Shown here: piece after piece, positions 40,101 through 52,100 of the stretch
Layout of the letters: each line of letters opens with the position of its first letter
Position numbering within the stretch: position 1 is the first letter of the stretch
Assembly: GCF_018977255.1 (NCBI RefSeq)
Contig: NW_024704742.1
Coordinates: 128,590,001-128,654,000, forward strand
DNA: 64,000 nucleotides
Source of the DNA: Callorhinchus milii
Taxonomy: Eukaryota
Reading direction: 5' to 3'
Made by a program: the position numbers and the translations under genes
Notes under the pieces: model-generated
The model's database searches: none
What the model was told of the DNA's origin: nothing
What the model saw: the letters and a program-made list of their open reading frames with translations, nothing else

Positions 40101-43100
40101 AGTTGAGGCCAGAATCCTTGATTCATTTAAGAAACAGTTTGATGCTATAATGGGAGGATGGTAGGTTGGGGATTTTGGAAGAAATAGATCAAATGGCCTA
40201 AAGGATCTTGTTCATTCAAATCTCCCTGTAACCTTGTGATTGATTTACCATCCATATTAATATGGGTGAGAATTTAAATCCTATCATAGTCCTTTGCTTC
40301 TGTATCTGAAACACACACAATATCAAAAATATATTTGAGAAACAAAGCCATGTTCAAAATAAAACAAAATTGTCCTTGTCCTATCCTTTGGATACGCCTT
40401 GCATTTGATATCAGTTTGTATTTCACTGGTACCTAAGAGGTAGTGCTAAACTTATAGAAGTCATTAATCGGAGTACAGTTGCAGAGTGCAATATTGTGTC
40501 CAGTTTTGATTATCCCACTTTAGGAAGAACGTCAAGACAATAGAGGGGGTGCAGAGGAGATTTATCTGGATGATACTGGGGATGACTGGTTTGGCCTATA
40601 AGCAGAGACTGGAAAACTTTTTCTGTTGGAACATAGAAGGTTGAGGAATACCCTTATAGAGGTCTTTAATATTGATAAAGTCAAAAGGAAGAAATTATTT
40701 ACACTGGTCAGTGAGTCAATGCCTAGAGAGTATCAAGTTAAGATAGAAAATAAGCAAATAATAAAAATGTTCCTTGCATTTGATATAGCTCCTCATCATA
40801 TCTTCGAGACATCTCAAACCATTCACAGAATATACTGTCTAGTGAATTAACTATATATTTTGTGGATAAAACGTGAATTGCTCACAGCAGTGTCTCACAA
40901 ACAGTTTTGAATTGAGTGACCACTAACAACAACAACAACAAGATTTCATTTATAAAGCGCTTTTCACGTCGGGAGGACGTCCCAAGGCGCTGGACAGTTG
41001 GGTCGGGACCCGAGCAGGGGGGAGCAGGGTGAGGGGAGGGAAGGGAGGGAGCGAGGAGGGGGTAGAGAGTCGAGATGGGAGCTGAAGGCATGGTTGAAGA
41101 GAAAGGGAGGAAGCAAGGCGAAGGCATTGGGGGATGGAGTTCCAGAGCCTCAGGGCTGAGAGGCTGAAGGCCCGGCCGCCGATGGTAGGGCGGTTGGGGC
41201 GGGGGATGTGGAGCAGACCGGAGCCAGAGGAACGGAGGGTATGGGCTGGTAAGTAGGGGGATAGCAGGTCGGAGAGGTAGGAGGGAGCAAGGCCGTGAAT
41301 GGCCTTGTAGGTGAGGATGAGGATCTTGAATTCGAAAGTATTCAAGTATTCAAGACCAAAGTATTATTATTACAAACACAAAAACAGAAGTCGCTGGGAA
41401 CACTCAGCAGGTCAGGCAGCATCTATGAAGAAAGGAAAGTGAGTCAATGTTTCGGATCCACAGCACTTCATCAGAACTGGGGCATGTTGGGAGGGAGAGG
41501 CTTTTAAGGGCTATCCGAGAGGGGGGAGGCAGGGCAAGGAAGACAAAGGAGAAAATGGGGTAGAGGACAGGGGATGAAGGGTTAAAGAGGTGTCAATGAT
41601 GCAAAACAAAAGGGGGGATTGCAACATAGCAGGGGAATAGAGGTGTTAATACTGCAGAACAAAAGGTGGGAAAAAAGAACCTGCAACAAAACAGGCAGAT
41701 CAGGGAGACAAAAGGTGTGTCTGGGACCCAGATGACATGGTAATGGTCACAGAGGAGGGGGAGGGGGAAGGTGAGCTGTTATGATCTGAAATTGTTGAAA
41801 TCAATATGGTGGCCGGAGGGCTGTAAGCTCCTTAGCAGATAAATGAGGTACTGTTCCTCCATCTTGGGCTGTGGCTCACTGGAACAGTGTAAGAGACCGT
41901 GGATGGAGAGGTCAGAGTGTGAGTGGGAGGGAGAGTTGAAATGGCAAGAAAGTGGAAGTTCAGGGTTCTCCTTGAGTACAAAACGGAGGTGTTTGGCAAA
42001 TTGGTCACACAATCTGCATTTCGTCTCGCCATTGTGGAGGAGACCACACCGTGAGCAACAACAACAACAACAACTTGGATTTATATAGCGCCCTCCACGC
42101 CGGACGGCGTCTCAGCGAATGGAGCAAATTACATTGGTGGTAGTACCCGTAAATCGCTGTCTCACTTGAAAACTATGTTTGGGGCCGAGACAGTGGTATG
42201 GGAGGAGGTGAAAGGGCAGGTATTGCATCTCCTGCGCTGGCATGGGAAGGTGCCGGAGGGAGCAGAGAAACCGTTAGTGGTGACGGAGGAATGAACCAGG
42301 GTGTCACGAAGGGAAAGATCCCTTCACAATGCTGAGGAGGGAGGGGAAGAAAATATATTTTTAGCGGTTGGGTCACACTGGAAGTGCCGTAAATGGTGTA
42401 GAATTATTTGTTGGATGTTGAGGCTGGTGGGGTGGAAGGTGAGGACTAGGGGGACCCTGTCACAGTTCTGGGAAGAGGGGGAAGGGATGAGGGTAGAGTT
42501 GCGGGAAATAGGGCAGACATGGTTGAGGGCCCTGTCCACCAGAGTGGATGGGAATCCTCGGTTGAGGAAAAAGGAGGACATTTCAGCTGCTCTGGTGTTT
42601 GAAAGGTGGCATCGTCAGAGCAGATGTGGTGCAGGCAGAGGAACTGGGAAAAGGGAATGGTGTCTTTACAGGAGGTGGGGTGGGAGGAGGTGCAGTCCAA
42701 GTAGTTGTGGGAGTTGGGAGCTTGTAAAAGATACCTGTTGATAATCTATGCCCCGAGATGGAAATGATGAAGTCGAGGAAGGGAAGAGTCGGAGATGGAT
42801 CATGTGAATGTTATGGAGGAAGGTGGAAACAAAATTGGTGAATTTTTCCAACTTACTGCAAGGGCAGGAAGCAGCTCCAACACAGTCATTGATGTACCTG
42901 AGGAACAGGTCAGGGAGCGGACCTGAGTAGGCCAGGAACAAAGCATGTTCCAGGTGGCCAACAAGCAGGCAGGCATCGCTGGGACCCATGCAGGTTTCCA
43001 TAGCAACACCTTTCACTTCGAGGAAGTGGTTGGAGTTGAAGGGGAAGTTGTTCAATGTCAGAACAAGTTCAGCCAGACGGAGGAGGGTGATGGTGGATAG

Positions 43101-46100
43101 AGCCTGGTTAGGCCGCTGCTCAAGGTGAAAGAGGAGGGCCTGTAGGCCGTCCTTGTGGGGGATGGAGGTGCAGAGGGACTGAATGTCCATTGTGAATAAG
43201 AGACGGTCAGGGCCTGGGAACTGGAAATTGTTGAAGTGGCGGAGGGCGTCAGAAGAGTCACGGATGTAAGTAGGTAGGGCATGGACAAGAGGAGCAAAAA
43301 TGAAATCCAAATATGAGGAGACCAGTTTGGTGGGGCAGGAACAGGCTGAAACAATACATAGTCCATAAGACCATAAGATGTAGGAGTAGGAGTAGGCCAT
43401 TCGGCCCCTCGAGCCTGCCCCGCCATTCAATAAGATCATGGCTGATCTTCTAACCTAATTCCAATTACCCGCCCTATCCCCATATCCCTTAATCCCTCTA
43501 TCCTTTAGAAATCTATCAACCTCAGTCTTGAATAAGTTCAAGGACTGAGCATCCACAGCCTTCTGGGGTAGAGAATTCCACAAATTCACTACCCTCTGAG
43601 TGAAGAAATGTTTCCTCAACTCAGTTCGAAAAGGCTGACCCTTAATCTTGTGACTATGACCCCTAGTTTTAGATTCTCCAACCAGGGGAAACAGTTTCAC
43701 GGCATCTACCCTGTCAAGACCCTTAAGAATCTTATAGGTTTCTATAAGATCACCTCTAATTCTTCTATATTCTGGAGAATATAGGCCTAGTTTACTCAAC
43801 CTATCCTCATAGGTCAACCCCCTCATCCCAGGAACCAACCTAGTGAATCTATGCTGCACCACCTCTAAGCCGAGTATGTCCTTTCCTAAATAAGGAGATC
43901 AAAACTGCACACAATATTCTAGGAGTGGTCTAACCAAGGCCTTATACAACTGCAGCAAAACTTCCCTACTCTTGTACTCTAACCCTTTTGCAACGAACGC
44001 CAACAAGGCATTAGCCTTCCTAATTGCTTGTTGTACCTGCATACTAACTTTTTGTGACTGGTGTACAAGGTCACCCGAATCCCTCTGAACACTAACCCTA
44101 CCTAGTCTCTCCCCTCTAGAAAATAATCCCCTTTTCTATTTTTACTACATAGGTGAATAACTTCACACTTCCCCACGTTATAATCCATCTGCCACCTTCT
44201 TGCCCATTCACCTCGCCTGTCTATTTCCCTTTGCATTCTTCGTGTGTCATCCTCACAGCTTACTCTCCCACCTATCTTCGTATCATCCGTGAATTTAGAT
44301 ATGTTAAATTCTATTTCCTCATCTAAGTCATTGATATAAACTGTAAATAATTGAGGTCCAAGCACTGATCCTTGTGGCACTCCACTAGTCACAACCTGCC
44401 AATCTGAGAAAGACCCGTTTATCCCCACTCTGTTTTCTTCCTATTAGCCACTCTCCAATCCATGCTAATATATTACCTTTAATTCCATGGGTTCTAATCT
44501 TATGCAACAGCTTTTTATGTGGCACCTCGTTGAATGCCTCCTGGAAATCCAAATACACCACATCTACTGGTTCCCCCCTATCTAACCTGCTAGTTACATC
44601 CTCCAAAAACTCTATAAGATTTGTTAAGAATGATTTCCCTTTCGTAAAGCCTTGTTGACTCTGTCTAATCATGCTATGAATTTCTAACTACCCCACGACG
44701 ATGTCCCTAATTAAGGACTCTAGAATTTTCCCTATCACCGATGTTAGACTAACTGGTCTATAGTTACTCATTTTTTGTCGCCCACCCTTCTTAAATATTG
44801 GCGTTAAGTTTGCGACCTTCCAATCAATGGGAACCGTTCCAGAATCCAAGGAATTTTGAAAGATCATAAACAAAGCATCCACTATCTCTGCAGCCACCTC
44901 TTTTAAAACCCTAGGATGTAGGCCATCAGGTCCAGAGGATTTATTGGTTTTTAATTCTGTCAATTTCTCTAGTACTATTGCTTTACTGATGTTCATTTCT
45001 TTAAGTTCCTCACCAACATTAACCTCCAGGATCCCCTCTATTTTTGGTAAGTTCTCAGTGTCCTCTAACGTGAGGACAGACAACAACAACAACAACAACA
45101 AGATTCCATTTATTGAGTGCCTTTCACGTCGGGAGGACGTCCCAAGGCGCTGTACAGTTGGGTCAGGACCCGAGCAAGGGGGAAATGGTCAGGGTGAGGG
45201 GAGGGAAGGGAGGGAGCGAGGAGGGGGTAGAGAGTCGAGAAGGGAGCTGAAGGCACGGTCAAAGAGAAAGGTCTTGAGACTGTCCTTGAAGGAGGAAAGG
45301 GAGGAGGCGGCGAAGGCACTGGGGGATAGAGTTCCAGAGCCTAGGGGCTGAGAGGCTGAAGGCCCGGCCACCGATGGTAGGGCGGTTGGGGTGGGGGATG
45401 TGGAGCAGACCGGAGCCAGAGGAACGGAGGGTACGGGCAGGTAGGTAGGGGATAGTAGGTCGGAGAGGTAGGAGGGAGCAAGGCCGTGAATGGCCTTGTA
45501 GGTGAGGGTGAGGATCTTGAATTCGATCCTCTGGGGGATGGGGAGCCAGTGGAGGCGAGCGAGGGTGGGAGTAATGTGGTCGCGAAGCCTGGTGCGGGAC
45601 AGTACACGAGCTGCAGAGTTCTGAATGACCTGCAGCTTGTGGAGGGAGGTGCCGGGAAGGCCGGCGAGGAGAGAGTTCCCATAGTCCAGCCTTGAGGTGA
45701 TAAAGGCGTGGACCAGAGTTTCAGCAGCGTGAGGGGTGAGGTAGTGCCGTAGTCTGGCGACATTCCGGAGGTGATGGAAGGCGGTGCCAGTTGTGGCGCG
45801 GATATGAGGGAGAAAGGACAGCTCAGGGTCGAACAGAACCCCGAGGTTCCTGACTGCCTTTGAGAGGTGGAGAGTGCAGCCTTGGATGCTGATGCTGTCA
45901 GCGCCTGAGGTGTGGAGGCGCTGACGTGAGCCAATCAGGAGGGCCTCAGTTTTGCGCACGTTGAGCTGGAGAAAGTTATCTCTCGTCCAGGACTCGATGT
46001 CGGACAGGCAGACTGTCAGGACATCGGTGGTCGTGGAGTTGAGGGTAGAGGAGGAAAGGTAGAGTTGGGTGTCATCCACATACATGTGGAAGTTAACCCC

Positions 46101-49100
46101 ATGTCTGCGGATGATGTCACCAAGGGGGAGCATATAGAGGGTGAAGAGGAGGGGACCGAGGACAGAGCCTTGAGGGACACCGCACGAGACAGTGCGGGGG
46201 CCGGAGGAAAAACCATTTGTGGAGACAAAGTGAAGACGGTGGGAGAGGTACGACCTAAACCACTCAAGGACAGGGCCTTGAAGGTTTAGGTGGGAGGACA
46301 AGCAGTGGAGGAGGATAGCATGGTCGACCGTATCGAATGCTGCCGATAGGTCGAGGAGGACGAGGAGGCAGAGGGAGCCCTGGTCACAGATGGTCAGGAT
46401 GTCATTGGTGACCTTGACCAGGGCAGTTTCTGTGCTATGGGCAGCACGGAAACCCGATTGAAGGGGTTCGAATAGTGAATGGTTGGAAAGGACAGAAGCA
46501 AAATAATTGTTTAATGACTCTGCCATTTCATTATTCCCTTTTATAATTTCTCCTGTCTCTGCCTACAATGGACCCACATTCACTTTTGATAGTCTCTTCC
46601 TCTTTATGTACTTGTAAAAACTCTTAAGATCTGTCTTTAGTTCTTAGCTAGTTTACTCTCATATTCCATTTTCTCCCTCTTAATCAGTTTCTCAGTTTTC
46701 CTATGCTGATCTCTAAAGCCCTCTCAATCCTCAGGTTTACTGCTCTTTTTGGCAGTGCTATAGGCCTCTTCTTTTAATTTTATACTTTTCCTAACTTCTC
46801 TAGTTAGTCAAGGTTGAACCACTTTCCCATGGTATTTTTATTTTTCAAGGGAATATGTGATCACTGGGAAATATGTAATATATCTTTAAACACTTGTCAT
46901 TGCTGATCTAACGTCATATTTTTTAATCTAATTTCCCAGTCTATGTTAGCCAAATCTTCTCTCATACCGGCTTTATTTAGATTTAAGACCTTTGCTTCGG
47001 ATTCAACTATATCACTCTCTAAGTTAATGTTAAATTCCATCTTAAGAATACAAGAACATAAGAATTAGGAGCAGGAATAGGCCATTCGGCCCCTCGAGCC
47101 TGCCCCGCCATTCGATAAGATCATGGCTGATCTTCAGACCTAACTCTAATTACCTGCCCTGTCCCCATATCCCCTAATCCCTCTATTTTTAAAAAATCTA
47201 TCAATCTCAGCCTTGAAGATGTTCTTACCTTCTGGGGTAGTGAATTCCATAAATTCACTACCCTCTGAGTCAAGAAATGTTTCCTCAACTCTGTTCTAAA
47301 AGACGGCTCTGGCCTGCTCCACGTCCCCTGTCCTACCCGCCCCACCATTGGCGGGAGAGCCTTCAGCCACTCTGTCCCCGACCTCTGGAATTCCATTCCC
47401 CAGTCACTCTGCTTCACCCCCTCCTTAGCCTTCTTCAAGTCCCGCCTCAAAACCCTCCTCTTCGACCATGCCATCAGCCATCCCCCTTCCCCTCCCCTCC
47501 CTTCTCCCCCTCCGACCCCAGCTCGGGTCTGAAACGCTGTACTCTGTCCATCACCTTGGGACGTCCTCCCGACGTGAAGGCGCTATACAAATGTAATGTT
47601 ATTGTTGTTGTTTGCCAATTTTCCATATGAAAACTGAAATCACCCATTATTATTGTATTCTCCTTGCTACACGCTTCACCTGCCAGGAACAAGGGTTGAG
47701 GCAGAATCCATATTGACTTTCAAAAGGGTACCAGATCAATATTTGAGAACAAGGATATGGGGAAAGAGCAGGAAAATGGGACTGAAAGGATTGCTCTTTA
47801 ACAGAACCAGCACAGACCCAATGAGACGAATTGGCCGCCTTCGTAAACTTCTGTGGTTCAATAGTAAGGTAGACTGATATATTCACGGGAGGAAAAAACA
47901 TTACATCAAATGCTTTAATGTAATGTTGTGTTTTGATGCCAGGCCAAAAAAAAACTTTACTCCACCGTGAATAATAAACCACTCTGATATCTTCAGGCTA
48001 AGGCAGCTGTGACGTATGCACTTCATATAACATATAACACTCCAGCTGGACACAAGTTAGCTTGTGATGGTCAGACGCTGCACCTGAAATCACCTGTAAT
48101 GTAATGAATATTACTGCCATTAAACCATAGCTTCAATTTGCACCAGTTCAGCCTTCCTTTGTTAGTTGCTTTATGACTCATTTATCTCATTTAATCTAGG
48201 TACCAGTAGCCTTGTTTGTTTTAAATTTGTTCTGGCAGTTTATATAAGGGAGCTTCTAAGCAAAATTACTTTCTAGCTCGATAAATTATCTTATCCTGCA
48301 GTGTTTCTGTAAAAAAACATTATTTTGTGGCTAAGATGTAATTTCTTGTGTGTTGAAACAATGGCTACGTGATGTGCTAATTATCACAAGTAATAACTAG
48401 CACATCATGTGTCGCATTTCCCTCCCCACCTCCCCAGAATTGTTTTTAAGCTTACATTCTTTCGGTAAATGTACACACTTGCTAGCTTTAATAATCCATT
48501 AAAAAGAATAATAATTTGGACACTCAATCTGACTGTTTGTAGAACACTGTTGTGTGCAATTGGCTGCCGCGTTTCGCCCACAAAATACACAGTCAATTCA
48601 CTTTACAGTATATTCTGTGAAGCGCTCTGAGACGTCTTGAAGACATGATAAGGCGCTATATAACAAATGTAAAGATAATCATTTATTATTATCATAACAC
48701 AGATGGATGTTTCTGACAATTTATCACTTGCAGGATTTTAATAATCTTCACCCAGCCAAGTAGATGTAGATTCACTTCCAGTGCTTATCCATTTTGATCT
48801 TGTTACACAGCGAGGACATCGCAGCAGGCCGCCACGGCTACAACGGGATGCTGGTTGGAATCCTGATAGCACTGTTCAGTGACAAAGGCGACTGGTATTG
48901 GTGGCTGCTGATACCTTCTTGTCTGATGGCCGCCTCATGGTATGTTATAAACATTACAACAACAAGCCGCCAATTACATTTCATGTCAGAAGGACGTGCC
49001 AAGGAGCTGAATAACAAACAGTTCAATGCAGAGTTATGTTTTGGGTGAAATTTGGCGTGCCATCTGGGTTGCCTGACACGCGTTAAAACTCATCGCTGTA

Positions 49101-52100
49101 GATTTCATCTTTCTATCTTTCTTTTAATCTTTCTGCTGCTCAGCACAAGTAGGTTGATCATAGGCTCAAGAGCGTAATAAAACTACAATCGTCTCTCGTT
49201 ATTAAGAGTCTGCAAGGCAGACTGAGAGTTCCACATATGAATGCCATCTTCAGCAGTCTTTCCTCTTCAACTGTACCTACGGTCACCTCCCCTTTCTCTC
49301 CAGCTCGGTGTTAAACATGCCATTGTTCAGTGCTCTGAGATGCTACCCAGTGTTGTTATATCAAATATAAGAATTCTTACAAATTTTGCAAATGGTTTAA
49401 CTTATGGAGTGTAGAATTTGTAAGTATTTCACAACAGGTATGACATGATAAGTATCATATGAAACGCCATTAATTTCACCCCTGTATTTCACTTCCAGCA
49501 CTTTCATCTTCAGTGGGTTAAAGTCACTCTTTGAACCGTGGGACCTGCCTGTCCTCGCTTTCCCCTTCAACACTATGCTGATCTTGTACTCAGGGGCCAC
49601 TGGCCGCAACAATCAACATTTCCCTCAAGTTCACATCGGGCCACAGACTACACCAACTAATGTCACAGCACCAGAGCTAAACGTACTCATGGTGAGTGAA
49701 AGATAAGAGCTAGTGGAGCTGAGCATTAGATAAAGAGCCCGCAAGTTCGCCAGAGTATCTGCTTTGACTGCAGAACAAGAAAGGTATCTTTCTGCTGCTG
49801 AACACTAGTAGATTGATCGTATGATCAATAGCATAATAAAGCTACAATTGTATCTAATGCGCAGCGTTTTAGGATAATAATATGATGCACCGCATACACT
49901 GCCCTGACCTCTAATATAATGAGCACTGTTTATTGCTCCCTCACTAAAGAGCAACAATATAAAATTGCTGCTTCTCTATAATGCATTGCTGTTTATCCCC
50001 AAAGACAGCCTGCTCAGGAGCATTCGGTTGAAATTTAGGCTGGCGTTTGGAATGGCTGCATTTGTGAACAGTGCAACAGTGCAGCTGAGGAAATAATGTA
50101 GAATTATTTTGTTGAAATATTGAATTACATTATTAGGAAGCAGGGATATGGTAAATGCCAACAGCCTGCTTATGATTCAGTATTGTATTTAGCGCTGAAA
50201 ATATAGGATTGCACTAGATTTAATTCGCACATTCTATTCCTGAAAAGGATATCCATAGTAACTTAAGTGGTGCAGGCTGCAATTTGTCAAAGCTGCTGTA
50301 TTCATTATATCGGTAATTTCATAGGCCCACAGTGGAACTGGCAAATAAATAAAAGATAATTGTTACTCAGTTCCCTGCAGATAATCTTTCCAACCAACTT
50401 TTGTTTAAACAAATCTATAATTTTGATCATACAACATCATAAAATTCATCTTAAAGACAATGATTTGCACCTACCTCCACTGCCTCCACGGCCCATGCTT
50501 TCCCATTTACCACTCTCCTGTCTTATCCGAATTTCTGCTTCAATGCCTTTGCTCCTAAATGCAGACGCCATAAATTTTGAAATTCACAGGGTCCAGATTT
50601 CGCTAAGCGTTGACCTGTAAATGTCAGCACTGAAATCCAGACAGTCCTTCAGAGCAATTTTATTTCCATTTATGAATCCATCATAATGTGATCATTTCCA
50701 CGAAATAATATCGGGACCAAAATGTGATGTTTCATAACAGATTTAGATTTGATGGGAAGGCACCATCTTTCTTCCAGTGGCCAGTGTAGTGATTTTGTAT
50801 CAGAAAGGAGGGCAGTTCACAGACGACCAGCTTAAACCAATTTAAGTTCAGACGATATATCATGAAGCAGCCCCTCAATCAGGCACAAAATGCCCCACGC
50901 CGTGTCTTGGAACTCACAATCCAAGTTGACATTCCAATGCAGTGCTGGGGATGTGCAGTGCAAGGTCTTCATGCCCCAGCACCTCCCTATTTCTCCGATC
51001 TCCTCAGACCCAACTCCCCCTACGCACAGTTAAAGGTGTTCCCCACCATCAGTGGCCAACTTCTGAAATTCTCTGCCTCTATCCTTCTATCTCGCCCCTT
51101 CTCTACTTCTACCTTTTCTTTTCAAAGAGCCAACACAGACATGATGGGCTGAATGGCCTCCTTCTGTGATGTATAATTCTATGATGTGCAAATCCACCTT
51201 AAAACCTTCCTCTTCGACCACGCATATGATCACCTCCCCCCTCCCTTTACTAGCTCAGTTTCCAATGTAAGAGGAAACTTGACACTTATGTGAGGGAGAA
51301 CGGAACAGAGGGTTATAGGAGATGGAAATGGAGGCTTGGGGTGGGGTGAGGCTGGGGGTATAAATACCAGTACTGACTAGTTGAATTGAATTGGCTGTTT
51401 CCGTGATGTGTCATTCCATGTAACTATGCTCTTGTCATTTGCCTGTTGGCTAGCCTGTGGGCTGTGAGCTACTCTCCAGAATGTTTCTATTTTCGGATAA
51501 CTTTTTTTTCGGATATCTTAAAAAGACCGAAACTTAAGAACTGTCGTCTTTTTTCAGTCTTTTCAAAACACAGTTTGATGACAGAGCACTGATGCCAAAA
51601 CTAAACATTTATGTGTTCCATTGGGATTCTGGCCAATAGATTTTTTTTTAGCAAATTAACACTGGAGGCACTTCACTCACCACTGCTTATGATTTAAATA
51701 GTCCCACCACCCCCTAACAGCTGGAAGACAAAGTCTTTCTATGAGCACTAAAGCAATTCAAACATTAATATTATTTGTGAATCTGCTAAAGAAAAAAAAG
51801 ACACATTCATCAGACGAGCATTAAACTACAAATGTGTCACATTTTTATGAGGCTCTTACTTCAATCATGTTACGACTATGTCTTTTTTTATTTTATTATG
51901 AATAAGTTATTAAGGATAAATTCTGTATGTGGTAGAAGAATTTAACACATGGTAATACTTGTAATATTTCAAGTACAAATAATAAACAATTCACAGTTCC
52001 CCATTTCTGGATAGTTAGCATAAGCAAACTGAACACTTTTCAGCTCATAATAGAAGTTAGCATTCCAGTGCATTGTTGGAGGTGCTGTCCTTCAGAGGAG

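Noticed and set aside
45189..46526. 445-aa reverse transcriptase as a host or retron-like gene
   Set aside because: It is a 5'-truncated L2 with a (CAA)n tail and target duplication inside a CR1; it has no endonuclease and no dedicated context
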